Shown piece by piece: positions 11,069 through 21,292 of a stretch of 64,000 nucleotides of DNA. Every line of letters begins with the position of its first letter. The first letter of the stretch is position 1. The notes under the pieces were generated by a model that saw nothing but the letters and a program-made list of their open reading frames with translations, searched no databases and was not told the DNA's origin. This stretch comes from Xenorhabdus szentirmaii DSM 16338 (GTDB lineage Bacteria; Pseudomonadota; Gammaproteobacteria; Enterobacterales; Enterobacteriaceae). The stretch lies in assembly GCF_002632585.1 (NCBI RefSeq), contig NZ_NIBV01000001.1, forward strand, positions 476,595-540,594, written 5' to 3'. The position numbers and the translations under genes were made by a program.

Positions 11069-12151
11069 TCACGACAAATGCCGAATAATGGCGTCTCCGA
11101 CCTGCTGTGTTGATGCTTTGCCTTTCATGTCAGGCGTCACTGTGCCTTCCGCTATCACCGCTTCAATGGCAGATAAAATATCATTATGGGCATGTTGGTA
11201 ATGTTCATCATTTTCACCCAAGAACTGGATCATCATGGCACCAGACCAAATCATCGCGATGGGGTTGGCAATATTTTTGCCATAAATATCGGGTGCGGAC
11301 CCATGAACAGGTTCAAACAAGGAAGGGAAATCCCTTTCCGGATTCAGATTGGCAGAAGGTGAAAGCCCGATGGTTCCTGTACATGCCGGGCCAAGATCAG
11401 AAAGGATATCGCCGAATAAGTTGGAAGCGACAACAACATCAAACCGTTCCGGATTCAACACAAACCGTGCACAAAGAATATCAATGTGCTGTTTGTCCCA
11501 TTTAATTTCCGGGTACTGTTTTGCCATCTCCTCAACCCGCTCATCCCAGTAAGGCATACTGATCGCAATACCGTTTGATTTAGTGGCGGATGTCAGCAGC
11601 TTGCGGGGACGACTTTGCGCCAGTTCAAAGGCATATTTCAATATGCGATCAACACCACGGCGGGTAAAAACTGACTCTTGGATCACCACTTCATGTTCCG
11701 TGTCTTCATGCAGTCGTCCACCAATCGCTGAATATTCCCCTTCGGTATTCTCCCTGACGACATAAAAATCGATATCTTCCGGTTTCTTATTGGCTAACGG
11801 GCACGGAACTCCCGGTAAAAGACGGACAGGGCGTAAATTGACATATTGCTGAAATTCACGGCGAAACTTCAGCAATGATCCCCAAAGAGAGATATGGTCA
11901 GGCACTTTGTCAGGCCAACCCACCGCACCAAAATAGATCGCATCAAATGCCGTTAACTGTTTAAACCAATCATCAGGCATCATTGTGCCGTGCTTAAGGT
12001 AATAGTCGCAGCTGGCCCATTCGAAATATTCAAACGATAAATGGAGATCCCATTTTTCGGCTACCGCCTGTAATACCCGAATTCCTTCCGGCAAAACTTC
12101 GTGACCAATCCCATCCCCCGGAATTGCAGCAATCTTGAACAGTTTTTTCAT
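11069..12151 (-). CDS. dmlA: D-malate dehydrogenase (decarboxylating) / tartrate dehydrogenase.
   Basis: 360 aa and nearly collinear with E. coli DmlA (YeaU), e.g. AAIPGDGIG...SLWGSLLKFRREF...ATKSNG...NLFGDILSD. Confidence 0.9.
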   Translation of the reverse strand: MKKLFKIAAIPGDGIGHEVLPEGIRVLQAVAEKWDLHLSFEYFEWASCDYYLKHGTMMPDDWFKQLTAFDAIYFGAVGWPDKVPDHISLWGSLLKFRREFQQYVNLRPVRLLPGVPCPLANKKPEDIDFYVVRENTEGEYSAIGGRLHEDTEHEVVIQESVFTRRGVDRILKYAFELAQSRPRKLLTSATKSNGIAISMPYWDERVEEMAKQYPEIKWDKQHIDILCARFVLNPERFDVVVASNLFGDILSDLGPACTGTIGLSPSANLNPERDFPSLFEPVHGSAPDIYGKNIANPIAMIWSGAMMIQFLGENDEHYQHAHNDILSAIEAVIAEGTVTPDMKGKASTQQVGDAIIRHLS

Positions 12152-12255
12152 CAGACATCTCTCAATTATCAGAATGCAAAATTGACTTTTGCACTATCTT
12201 ATAATTGACTGATTTGTATTCAATCCAAAAAATGTAGAAACATAATTTACGATAT

Positions 12256-13182
12256 ATGAATAATTTGCCTATTTTACAGGATCTGCGTGTTTTCCTTTTA
12301 GTTGCCAAGAGAGCCAGTTTTGCCGCTGCTGCGGAAGAAATGGGCGCATCCCCGGCCTTTATCAGTAAACGCATTGCAATATTGGAAGGGGTATTGAATG
12401 TCACCCTGTTGCACCGAACAACGCGCAGGGTTTCAATTACGGAAGATGGTGAGCGGATATATGAATGGGCGCACCGTATTCTCAATGATGTGAACCAGAT
12501 GCTTGATGAACTCTCTGAACTTCGGCAAGAGCCGCAAGGCACAATCCGGATTGTCAGTAGCTTTGGTTTTGGGCGGCAATTCGTGGCCCCTGCCCTGTCA
12601 GCCCTTATCCAAGCGTATCCGCAATTGGAGATCCGGTTTGATGTGGAAGATCGTCTTGTTGATTTAGTCATGGAAGGCATTGATTTGGACATTCGTGTTG
12701 GTGATGACATCGATAATAATCTTATTGCGCGCAAGCTCGCATCCAACCGCCGGATTCTGTGTGCCGCGCCCTCTTACCTCGCCCGTCACCCGATGCCAAA
12801 ATCACTTAATGATCTCCCTTCTCACTCCTGTCTGGTCATCAAAGAACGGGATCATCCTTTCGGCATCTGGCAATTACAAAGCAATGCAGGTGCCCAATCA
12901 GTAAAAATCACCGGACCGATGTCATCCAATCACGGTGAGATTATTCACCAATGGTGTCTGGATGGGCATGGCATTACGCTGCGCTCTTATTGGGATGTCC
13001 GGGAAAATATCAAATCGGGGGCATTGGTTCATATTCTGCCGGAATATTATCAACCCGCGAATATCTGGGCGGTGTATGTTACTCGTCTGGCCATGTCTGC
13101 CCGCATTCGAGTTACCGTTGAGTTTCTGGAACGTTATTTCCAACTCCATTACTCCGATCAAATTGAAGTTAAATCTGTTTAA
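12256..13182 (+). CDS. dmlR: LysR-family transcriptional regulator, divergent from dmlA.
   Basis: N-terminal HTH LQDLRVFLLVAKRASFAAAAEEMGASPAFISKRIAILE plus a LysR substrate-binding domain. Confidence 0.85.
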   Translation: MNNLPILQDLRVFLLVAKRASFAAAAEEMGASPAFISKRIAILEGVLNVTLLHRTTRRVSITEDGERIYEWAHRILNDVNQMLDELSELRQEPQGTIRIVSSFGFGRQFVAPALSALIQAYPQLEIRFDVEDRLVDLVMEGIDLDIRVGDDIDNNLIARKLASNRRILCAAPSYLARHPMPKSLNDLPSHSCLVIKERDHPFGIWQLQSNAGAQSVKITGPMSSNHGEIIHQWCLDGHGITLRSYWDVRENIKSGALVHILPEYYQPANIWAVYVTRLAMSARIRVTVEFLERYFQLHYSDQIEVKSV

Positions 13183-13306
13183 TTTCAATATTATATAATA
13201 TGAATGCAATTTCACCCCAATACCATTTCACCTTAATAAAATATGATATATTCTGCTTTGTGTTATTACGTCCCTATCAATCAAGAAAAACAATAAAGAG
13301 AAAATA

Positions 13307-13810
13307 ATGACAACCCAAACAACACACAATTACCTTATTCGCCCTATTACCCAACACGATAATACAGGCATTGCCGCTGTTATCCGTGAAGTTTCCGCCG
13401 AGCACGGTTTAACCGCAGACAAGGGCTTTGCGGTTGCTGATCCGATTCTGGATACCCTGTACGAAGTTTACAGCCAGCCGCGCAGCGCCTATTGGGTCGT
13501 CGAAATGGATGGAGAAATTGTTGGCGGGGGCGGTGTTGCTCCGCTGGCAGGGGGTGATGGTGATACCTGTGAATTACAAAAAATGTATCTTTCTTCGGTA
13601 TTGCGGGGAAAAGGCGTTGCCAGGCAAATTGTGAAACTGTCTCTCGAATTTGGTACAGAACAAGGCTTTAAACGCTGCTATCTGGAAACGACGGAAAACT
13701 TAAAAGCGGCCATTGCCTTGTATGAAAAACTGGGCTTCGGTTATCTTGATGAACCCCTTGGCAACACAGGCCACAGTGACTGTGAAGTCAGAATGATCAA
13801 AGCGCTGTAA
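13307..13810 (+). CDS. yjgM: GNAT N-acetyltransferase.
   Basis: 167 aa, closely matching the remembered E. coli YjgM sequence (..[31 protein letters not shown]..). Confidence 0.8.
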   Translation: MTTQTTHNYLIRPITQHDNTGIAAVIREVSAEHGLTADKGFAVADPILDTLYEVYSQPRSAYWVVEMDGEIVGGGGVAPLAGGDGDTCELQKMYLSSVLRGKGVARQIVKLSLEFGTEQGFKRCYLETTENLKAAIALYEKLGFGYLDEPLGNTGHSDCEVRMIKAL

Positions 13811-13835
13811 CCCCGAGCAGCCACGAGCAATAAAT

Positions 13836-13860
13836 CAGCCCCACAGATGAAGTGGGGCAT
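13836..13860. terminator. Bidirectional hairpin terminator between the convergent yjgM and rraB.
   Basis: cagccccacagatgaagtggggcattg. Confidence 0.5.
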
Positions 13861-13904
13861 TGAATTTTAACAGGATTCAGGGAACGCCTTACTTCTGAAA
13901 CATC

Positions 13905-14330
13905 TTAGTGAAGTCTTGGTTCATCTTCTTCTGGCGGGAAGAGATCATCATTGTCATCTTCATCATCCGACGCATTGGGATCTTCAAAATAAGTTCCCCA
14001 ACCATCGTAATTCACACCCATTTTCTCAACGAGATCCATCAGTTGTTCAACTTGTGCGTTAATCAGATCAGCCTCCAGACGACTTTCACTAATCACGTCA
14101 CAACACATCAAAACAACACCATCTTCCGTTTCCAGCTCTTCAGCATCGGTTACTTCATAACCCAGCTTGAATGCTTCCAGGGCGGCCTTCTCCAATAGAT
14201 CAAAATCTTCCGCCGAGAAATGATGCTCAATGATATAAAGCGCATCCGGATCGCTGCCGTCTTCCAATAATTCTTCAATGATCAAGCGAGTTTCTTCGCG
14301 CTGTTCTTCTAAAGCATGTGGGTCTGCCAT
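13905..14330 (-). CDS. rraB: RNase E inhibitor RraB (acidic protein).
   Basis: 141 aa, very acidic, with an Asp/Glu-rich C-terminus. It has the E. coli yjgD position next to argI. Confidence 0.8.
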   Translation of the reverse strand: MADPHALEEQREETRLIIEELLEDGSDPDALYIIEHHFSAEDFDLLEKAALEAFKLGYEVTDAEELETEDGVVLMCCDVISESRLEADLINAQVEQLMDLVEKMGVNYDGWGTYFEDPNASDDEDDNDDLFPPEEDEPRLH

Positions 14331-14522
14331 GCAAATCCCCTCCGTCAGTTGGCTGTCCTGTTTTGCATTCTCCCACCTTTTCTTTACAAAGGATATATCT
14401 ATCCCATTTTGTTCGAGGAGAAACGCAAACCGTAAGCGACTGATATATAACCAGTCTTCACATTATTACACTTACAAGCACCTAGCAAGGAACTTGCAAT
14501 GTGATTTTTTATCGATGTATAG

Positions 14523-14540
14523 TGAATATAAATTCAAAAT
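14523..14540 (+). promoter_or_regulatory. ARG box (ArgR operator) upstream of argI.
   Basis: aGTGAATATAAATTCAaa matches the TNTGAATWWWWATTCANW palindrome about 25 nt upstream of the start. Confidence 0.6.
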
Positions 14541-14563
14541 TGCAGTAATGGAGACCATACAAC

Positions 14564-15574
14564 ATGAACCCATTTTTTAAGCGCTCATTCCTAAAATTAC
14601 TCGATTTTACACCTATAGAAATCAATCGTTTTTTAACATTGGCTCATGAATTGAAGGCGAATAAAAAATCAGGTATGGAATCTCCCTTGCTCAAAGGAAA
14701 AAATATCGCCCTTATTTTCGAAAAAGACTCTACACGGACACGCTGTGCATTTGAAGTTGCCGCTCATGATCAAGGCGCCAACGTGACTTATTTAGGTTCA
14801 AATGGCAGCCAGATCGGACACAAAGAGTCCATCAAAGATACGGCAAGGGTACTTGGCCGCTTATATGACGGTATCCAATACCGTGGCTACAGTCAAAATA
14901 TTGTCGAAACGCTCGCGAATTTTTCAGGCATTCCGGTCTGGAATGGCCTGACTGATGAATTCCATCCAACTCAGTTATTGGCTGACTTACTGACAATACA
15001 GGAGCACAGCCAAAAAACACTGTCTGAAATCAAAATTGCCTATCTGGGCGATGCCCGGAATAACATGGGCAATACCCTGCTCGAAGCGGCTGCATTAACG
15101 GGTATGGATCTCCGTTTAGTCGCCCCAAAGATGTTTTGGCCCAATGCAACGTTAGTGACAGAATGCCAAAAACGGGCCGAGGAAACGGGGGGGCAGATCA
15201 CTCTGACAGAAGATATTGCACAAGGTGTAAAAGAAGCCGATTTTTTGTATACCGATGTTTGGGTATCGATGGGAGAGCCTAAATCAGTCTGGCAAGAACG
15301 CATCGCTTTGTTGAAGCCTTATCAGGTCAATATGGCGGTGATTAAACTGACAAAAAACCCAGCAGTTAAATTCCTGCATTGCTTACCGGCTTTTCACGAT
15401 GAAGAAACGATACTCGGCAAACAACTGGCAGAAGAATTTAGCTTATATGGCGGGCTGGAAGTGACCAATGAAGTCTTTGAATCAAAGCACAGCATTGTGT
15501 TTGATCAGGCTGAAAACCGAATGCACACCATTAAGGCCGTGATGGTGGCAACGATGGCGGAAAAGCTGGATTGA
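14564..15574 (+). CDS. argI: Ornithine carbamoyltransferase.
   Basis: STRTRCAFE, the HCLPAFH motif, and an N-terminus like E. coli ArgI (..[10 protein letters not shown]...L..LA..LK). Confidence 0.9.
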   Translation: MNPFFKRSFLKLLDFTPIEINRFLTLAHELKANKKSGMESPLLKGKNIALIFEKDSTRTRCAFEVAAHDQGANVTYLGSNGSQIGHKESIKDTARVLGRLYDGIQYRGYSQNIVETLANFSGIPVWNGLTDEFHPTQLLADLLTIQEHSQKTLSEIKIAYLGDARNNMGNTLLEAAALTGMDLRLVAPKMFWPNATLVTECQKRAEETGGQITLTEDIAQGVKEADFLYTDVWVSMGEPKSVWQERIALLKPYQVNMAVIKLTKNPAVKFLHCLPAFHDEETILGKQLAEEFSLYGGLEVTNEVFESKHSIVFDQAENRMHTIKAVMVATMAEKLD

Positions 15575-15785
15575 TGAAAACGAATGGGTTGATATAAGAC
15601 CGCCCAAAAGTTTAGGAATGAATAGAAAAAATGGTCAAAATTATTTAGTGCCAATATAAAACCCGAGTATTACGCATAGCGATTATGTGCAATCAAATAG
15701 CAATATTCGTGTTGATTCATTATGACAATGTTTATATTGCTATCTGTTCACCTTAACGACTAATAGCGCCGAAATCCCACTTATA

Positions 15786-16298
15786 TTACATTCCATCTAT
15801 TTCTTTTAGCATTTCTATTGCAACAGCCATTGGCATAAATAATCTGCCGCTCAATTGAGGAAACTCCTGAAACCCTACATTAATATAAAACTTTTTTGCC
15901 ACATCATTCTTAGCATCAACGATTATCATAGGAGTAGGGATCGATTTTGACGATTCTATCGCTTTTCGAATTGCATCTATAAGCAAAATCTCGCCCAGCC
16001 TTTGCCGCTGAAATTGCTTGCTTACCGCTAATCGGCCAATCAGTGCACAATGTAGTGATGAAAGGTATTTTTTAGATATATTTTCAGGTAATTCATTCAG
16101 CTCTACCGTACATAATGCTAAAGAATAAAACCCTTTAATTTGCGATTCATTTTGGCTACTAACCAGAACAAATGTCCTTGATAAATCCTTTTTATCATGT
16201 TGCCCTGAAATCGCTTTCAGATAGTTATTTAGAGCTGGCTCACCACAATCAAAATGACTCCTAATATGCTGTTTTTTATCAAGACGAACTATCTTCAT
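15786..16298 (-). CDS. GNAT-family acetyltransferase toxin (TacT/AtaT/KacT-like).
   Basis: 170 aa GNAT protein overlapping by 20 nt a DUF1778-type partner upstream. Confidence 0.7.
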   Translation of the reverse strand: MKIVRLDKKQHIRSHFDCGEPALNNYLKAISGQHDKKDLSRTFVLVSSQNESQIKGFYSLALCTVELNELPENISKKYLSSLHCALIGRLAVSKQFQRQRLGEILLIDAIRKAIESSKSIPTPMIIVDAKNDVAKKFYINVGFQEFPQLSGRLFMPMAVAIEMLKEIDGM

Positions 16299-16572
16299 TT
16301 ATTATTGTTTCCTTATGATGGCGAGCAGCTCGAAGGAAGCGTTCATTTGCCTTGATTGGCTCTTCCAATGCATGGACAAATGCCAATGCATCTTCCTGAC
16401 ACAATCGAATACGCATATCTTGTTCAATTAGCCTCTTTGCTTCCGCTACAGCGGCATTTGCAATGAAACTGTTCAAACTTGCATACCCTGATAATGATAA
16501 CGCTCGTTCAAGTAGCTCTTTGATTTCAGGATTCACTCTCGTAGTGATCCTTTCTTGAGCTTCATGTTTCAT
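16279..16572 (-). CDS. DUF1778 (TacA/AtaR-like RHH) antitoxin.
   Basis: 97 aa with ..ERITTRVNPEIKELLERAL..LTERD-like pattern. Its position and overlap with the GNAT gene support the call. Confidence 0.65.
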   Translation of the reverse strand: MKHEAQERITTRVNPEIKELLERALSLSGYASLNSFIANAAVAEAKRLIEQDMRIRLCQEDALAFVHALEEPIKANERFLRAARHHKETIINEDSSS

Positions 16573-16878
16573 ATTATGTTCCTTTGACTTATATATTTGA
16601 TTTATATGAATTTATACCTTTCTTTACTCAGATACCTTTCATCCATTGATGAATTTATCACCAAAATTAACAAGTGTCAATTTATGTGCCAAAATGACAC
16701 ATTCTTGTAAGCTAAATTGTGCAACCTGATCAAACTACCGAGTAAGAAAACCGCCTATCCACATGCAACACAAACAATACCTGAATTAATTTTGATAGGT
16801 TAATCATAATGTTAAACCAATATGAAAAACCTACCCAAAATTTTCAGGAATTTCCTCTTTCAACCATCAGGCTAATGA

Positions 16879-17037
16879 TTAAGGAGTCACATCCGTGTAT
16901 AAGAGTTTTTTGTGATTTAAACCTTCATAATCAGTTTCAAAATGGATAAAACGCTCCTGAACAGGATCAAATGTTGTTCTCTTTGTTTCTGTCTCCATTT
17001 TTTGTTTATACCGTATATTTTTTCCTTGCTTATCCAT
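16879..17037 (-). CDS. Possible 52-aa small protein as the fourth gene of the AT-rich operon.
   Basis: Manual translation gives MDKQGKNIRYKQKMETETKRTTFDPVQERFIHFETDYEGLNHKKLLYTDVTP. It starts 15 nt after the upstream stop and has a weak RBS. Confidence 0.25.
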   Translation of the reverse strand: MDKQGKNIRYKQKMETETKRTTFDPVQERFIHFETDYEGLNHKKLLYTDVTP

Positions 17038-17052
17038 GATGACAGATATTTG

Positions 17053-18003
17053 TCAGTCATATTTGCCATGTTGAACAATTAAATGCTCAACACCAATCTG
17101 TAAGTAATGAAGATCTCTATAGCCTGTTTCTAACAAAATTTCACTTTCTCCATCAAAAGAATACCGACGGAGATCATTCAACCCACGTGACAAATCTTGG
17201 GTTAATAAAAACAGTTCCCCATCCATGCCTTGCACCGCTTCATTAACCCTAAAGGGTAACCATTTTACTTTCAGTACCTTACTCGTTTTATAATTCATTT
17301 TAATTTCTAATGAAGCGCGATTAGAATTCGGGGTTTGCCAAATTAAAACCTCACTGCCTTTTATTGTAAATAAATATTGATCATCATACATACTATCTGC
17401 ATTATGTTTACTCATAACGCTCTTTATATTTAATTTATTCTGCCAGTTTTTCCCACCATCCGGGCTATAATTAACATTATCTTTGTTAACATATATAATA
17501 TCATCTTCCTCTTTTGAGAACATAATCTCCCCAAAAATAAAGGCCGTTATTCTAGAGCGTTCGTTATTGTTCTTTTTCCAAGGCTGTGATGTAATTATGG
17601 GTTGATCAGCCAAGTTAATTTTAACTATGTTTTTATCCATCAATAATACACAACGTATTTCTGAGCATATAGCATTGTTTAACAACCCTGATAACCCCCC
17701 AAGAAAAACAATCTCACCCCGACGGGAATAATAAATATTATATTCATATTTCCTTTTTTCCATAGGTGTATAATCGTATTTTTTCTTATTAATTTCCATG
17801 CCAACAATAACAATTAAACCTTCTTTAACGGGATAAGATTTTATAATATCAACATTGCTTAACGTTGTCTTATTGTTTATATTCTCATTCCACTTCCATG
17901 CAGAGTAATAGTTTTTATCAATAAATAAATACCAACCTAATAAACCAATGGAAAACATGACGGTTATAATAATCAGATGTCTGTTTAAAAATGGATTAAT
18001 CAT
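17053..18003 (-). CDS. Hypothetical protein with an N-terminal signal anchor and a domain of about 280 aa outside the membrane.
   Basis: 316 aa and very AT-rich. Its start overlaps the stop of the upstream gene. Confidence 0.6.
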   Translation of the reverse strand: MINPFLNRHLIIITVMFSIGLLGWYLFIDKNYYSAWKWNENINNKTTLSNVDIIKSYPVKEGLIVIVGMEINKKKYDYTPMEKRKYEYNIYYSRRGEIVFLGGLSGLLNNAICSEIRCVLLMDKNIVKINLADQPIITSQPWKKNNNERSRITAFIFGEIMFSKEEDDIIYVNKDNVNYSPDGGKNWQNKLNIKSVMSKHNADSMYDDQYLFTIKGSEVLIWQTPNSNRASLEIKMNYKTSKVLKVKWLPFRVNEAVQGMDGELFLLTQDLSRGLNDLRRYSFDGESEILLETGYRDLHYLQIGVEHLIVQHGKYD

Positions 18004-18575
18004 TATTTCAACACCACCACATCAGAGTTTTTATTCAATTTATGTCGTTTATTACTTAAGTAATAATAAATTTGATGGCAAATCTTACCATTCCTTGAAA
18101 ACACCTTATAAAGGGTACATGCCATTTCCAAAAAGAAGAAAATACCAAAAAATACAGTGAGTAAAATAAATGAAAATTCAAAAAATGAAGATAAGACATC
18201 TATCCAATCCCAATAATAAAAAACATATCCACTTTCTATAAAATTAGACAATGTCTTTCTTAAAAAAATATCAGTTGTTGTATTTCTTTCAGTATATCTA
18301 TGCCAATCCATGTCTCTGACAGGCATAATTTTTGTGGATAATACCCCTAATTTTTTAAGGATTTCATCATCCATTGATTTGACATAATTATTTGTCTTTT
18401 TTTGTTTAGGATAATAATTCTTAACGCCATCGACATCCAGATAAATTGAATCAGGATTTATATTATACCTTCCTTCCAGTACGCTATTTAATGCTTTTAA
18501 TAATTTTCGTCGGCCAGGATGAAATATAAGTATCGTTTTACGTATTCCTCTAACAATGAAATAGAAAACCAGCAA
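18003..18575 (-). CDS. Hypothetical protein with a C-terminal TM helix.
   Basis: 190 aa, AT-rich and translationally coupled to its neighbours. Confidence 0.55.
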   Translation of the reverse strand: MLVFYFIVRGIRKTILIFHPGRRKLLKALNSVLEGRYNINPDSIYLDVDGVKNYYPKQKKTNNYVKSMDDEILKKLGVLSTKIMPVRDMDWHRYTERNTTTDIFLRKTLSNFIESGYVFYYWDWIDVLSSFFEFSFILLTVFFGIFFFLEMACTLYKVFSRNGKICHQIYYYLSNKRHKLNKNSDVVVLK

Positions 18576-18981
18576 GCATTAAAATAGTAACGAATGCCAT
18601 AAATATTACATCCGAGAAATCATTATTTTTAGAAGAAATATTAAGGTAATGTACCCATACTCCCGAAAATACAACCATCATCCCTATAACAAAAGAGCAA
18701 AGCATAGAGAACTTGAAGACATAATTCTTGTTGGACTCTAAATACCCTTTAGTTGCATGATGTAACCAATGCAGCCAGTACGTTCCATCCTTTAATCGGT
18801 GAGCGCCTATCTTTAATTGATCACCAGATTCAAGTTTCCTCAACACCTGCTGACAGTCAGGAAAATTTTCTTGGCGAAAAAAGAAAACTTCACCAGAGGC
18901 AATTAACCTCACCATATTTTCCAGTATAACGTTTTCATAGTCACACTTTTCCAATGTGACATTAAAAAATTGAGGATTCAT
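18550..18981 (-). CDS. Hypothetical protein with a soluble N-domain and two C-terminal TM helices.
   Basis: 143 aa and the first gene of the AT-rich operon. Confidence 0.55.
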   Translation of the reverse strand: MNPQFFNVTLEKCDYENVILENMVRLIASGEVFFFRQENFPDCQQVLRKLESGDQLKIGAHRLKDGTYWLHWLHHATKGYLESNKNYVFKFSMLCSFVIGMMVVFSGVWVHYLNISSKNNDFSDVIFMAFVTILMLAGFLFHC

Positions 18982-19107
18982 CGAAAAAAATATTCCCCTG
19001 TATTTTGATTATCATAATCATTCCGGTTAACTTTTTTACAGGAGAAAATAGCGACCTTTTTGCTTTTTTTCCAATTCAGTGAAACATTTTTGTTTTCCCT
19101 GACTCAA

Positions 19108-19731
19108 TTATCTCCGGCTACTCAGCGCTAAATTAAACGCAAAAAGTAAAAATACCCCGCCGGTCACTCGATTCATCCACTTAACCACGTTTTCGCGGCG
19201 TAAAATGTGGGAAAGGGGGCGGGTGGCATAAATCAATGATAATGACCAGAATGTGCCAAGCAAGACATGAATAGACACTAAACTAAATGTCCACAAAACG
19301 GGTGAATGCCCTTGAGGAATAAACTGCGGCAAAAATGAAACATAAAATACGCCCATTTTCGGATTGAGAACATTACCCAACATTCCCTTGATAAACCAAT
19401 TTTGATTTTTGGTAGAAGAGGTAATTTCTCCACCAAGATCTTTTTTAGGATGCCACATCATTTGCATGCCCAACCAACATAAATACAGCGCACCACACCA
19501 TTTCAATATGTTGAATGCCAATTCTGATACCGCAATCAAAGTTCCAAGTCCAAAAGCCACCATCGCACCCCAAATAAAGCACCCTGCATTTATGCCAAGC
19601 GCTGCCTGAAAGGCTTTTTTGCCGCTTTCTACGGTTGCGGTCCTAAGAATCAATGCGGTGTCCAAGCCCGGTGTCAATGTGAGCAGGGTTGCGGCAACGG
19701 TAAATGCAAGGAGGGAATCCATCGCGGTCAT
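19108..19731 (-). CDS. LysE/RhtB-family amino-acid exporter.
   Basis: 207 aa, six TM helices, N-terminal LTPGLDTALIL motif. Confidence 0.8.
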   Translation of the reverse strand: MTAMDSLLAFTVAATLLTLTPGLDTALILRTATVESGKKAFQAALGINAGCFIWGAMVAFGLGTLIAVSELAFNILKWCGALYLCWLGMQMMWHPKKDLGGEITSSTKNQNWFIKGMLGNVLNPKMGVFYVSFLPQFIPQGHSPVLWTFSLVSIHVLLGTFWSLSLIYATRPLSHILRRENVVKWMNRVTGGVFLLFAFNLALSSRR

Positions 19732-19750
19732 ACTTTCTCCAAATGTTTTA

Positions 19751-20317
19751 TCAAAGATGCGAAATGATGCTTATATATTTTACGGGTACCGTTTTCGTCA
19801 ACCAAACACCATTATCTGCCTGATGGAATTTAAAACCTTGTTCATTCATCAGCCGGGCGTCAATTTTCAAAATGATAACCTTGCCATGGCGCGCTCCCAC
19901 CTTCGTTGCGGTGGTTTTATCCGCCGATAAATGCACATAGTGCCGCGTTCCCGCCGCCAGCCCCTGTTTGAAAATAGAGTCCAGAAAACGAGTCGCTGTG
20001 CCGTGATACAGAGTGTCAGGCGGCGTTTTTTCCTGATAGCGAATATCTACCCGTTGAGTAGAATGCCCTTGTACTGCCCTGATACGTAGCTGATCCACCG
20101 AAAGAGCAAATCGCTTCTTGTCATTCGTTTCAACAATGTTCTCAATCAGCGCCCAGTTTAATTGCTTGCCGTGTCTGGCTGCACATTTGATTAATACGCC
20201 AATATCCGCCCAGCCTTCACTATCCAGGGTTAAACCTATCGATTCCGGTTGATGGCGCAAGATATAACTTAAAAACTTGCTGGTTTTGGTATCTGCCAGA
20301 TCCCTGTTTTTACCCAT
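19751..20317 (-). CDS. kptA: RNA 2'-phosphotransferase Tpt1/KptA.
   Basis: Collinear with E. coli KptA ([34 protein letters not shown]). Confidence 0.9.
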   Translation of the reverse strand: MGKNRDLADTKTSKFLSYILRHQPESIGLTLDSEGWADIGVLIKCAARHGKQLNWALIENIVETNDKKRFALSVDQLRIRAVQGHSTQRVDIRYQEKTPPDTLYHGTATRFLDSIFKQGLAAGTRHYVHLSADKTTATKVGARHGKVIILKIDARLMNEQGFKFHQADNGVWLTKTVPVKYISIISHL

Positions 20318-20461
20318 TATTTTTCCTTCCGTTTATTTGAAACGACTTAACTCAGGGTGTTATCCAATCGAGTCTATGCTATTCATTTTTATTGAAGGGG
20401 ACTTTTTATTGATGAATACTAAGCAGGGCCAAAGCCCCGCTGAGTCCATATTCTGACATAA

Positions 20462-21292
20462 TTAGCCGGTCATTACCCAACGTCTTAAATAGCGATCCAG
20501 TAATTCAGTACTGCGTTCGCGCTGATCATTGAGTTCACAGCGCGCCCGTGCTTCATCCAATTCTGATTCAATAAAAGCATGAACCTTCAATTTACGGGAA
20601 CCATATTCTGATTCATTCGCTGCCCGCTTTATCCGCAGCAACTCATCAATATCCATTTTCAATTGTGGGTCATCCACGGTTCCCGCGACCAGCGTTTCAA
20701 AATCTATCGGTGGTGCGCCCTTTCCCATTTCAATCCAGCGAACCGCAAGCAAAGGGCGCAAAACATAAAAATATTTTTTGAGCCGGATTTTTTCACCTTG
20801 CAGGTAGCCCTGAAAGTTCTTTTTCGCCATTGAAAGATAGTGATAGCGCGCTTTTATATCCGAGAAAAAGCACGGTGCCATCGTTTTCAATCCGTTGGTT
20901 GCAGCCGGATCAGCATGATAAATGATGGGTGAATCCAGCCATTCCATTAAAGTCGGGTTGGCCTGTTTCATCAGTTTTAGCGCCTTGCGCAACTCCCAGC
21001 CATTGATATCCAACTCATCGCTGATCGGCAGTTCGATGACATCCCGCCCGTCTTCTACTTTCAGATACCACTCCACGGGATGAACGTAAATAAACCGGAC
21101 ATCGTAATCGCTGTCGGGGGAGGCAACCCCCCACCCACGACTGCCGGATTCACAGGCATACAATATCCGCACACCATATTTTTTTTCTATATCCACCAAT
21201 TCCTGACAGATACGAGCCTTCATCGCCGGACTGACAGCACTGTCTTCTGTATCCAGTTCCATTTCTGTGTCTAGTTCCATTTCTTTTTCCAT
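20462..21292 (-). CDS. Pol-beta-superfamily nucleotidyltransferase (COG3541-like).
   Basis: GSRGWGVASPDSDYDVRFIY nucleotidyltransferase motif. It lies between rtcB and kptA. Confidence 0.65.
   Translation of the reverse strand: MEKEMELDTEMELDTEDSAVSPAMKARICQELVDIEKKYGVRILYACESGSRGWGVASPDSDYDVRFIYVHPVEWYLKVEDGRDVIELPISDELDINGWELRKALKLMKQANPTLMEWLDSPIIYHADPAATNGLKTMAPCFFSDIKARYHYLSMAKKNFQGYLQGEKIRLKKYFYVLRPLLAVRWIEMGKGAPPIDFETLVAGTVDDPQLKMDIDELLRIKRAANESEYGSRKLKVHAFIESELDEARARCELNDQRERSTELLDRYLRRWVMTG

Noticed and set aside
12162-12746. 194-aa minus-strand ORF
   Set aside because: It overlaps dmlR on the opposite strand and is Ser/Arg-rich low-complexity sequence. It is antisense noise.
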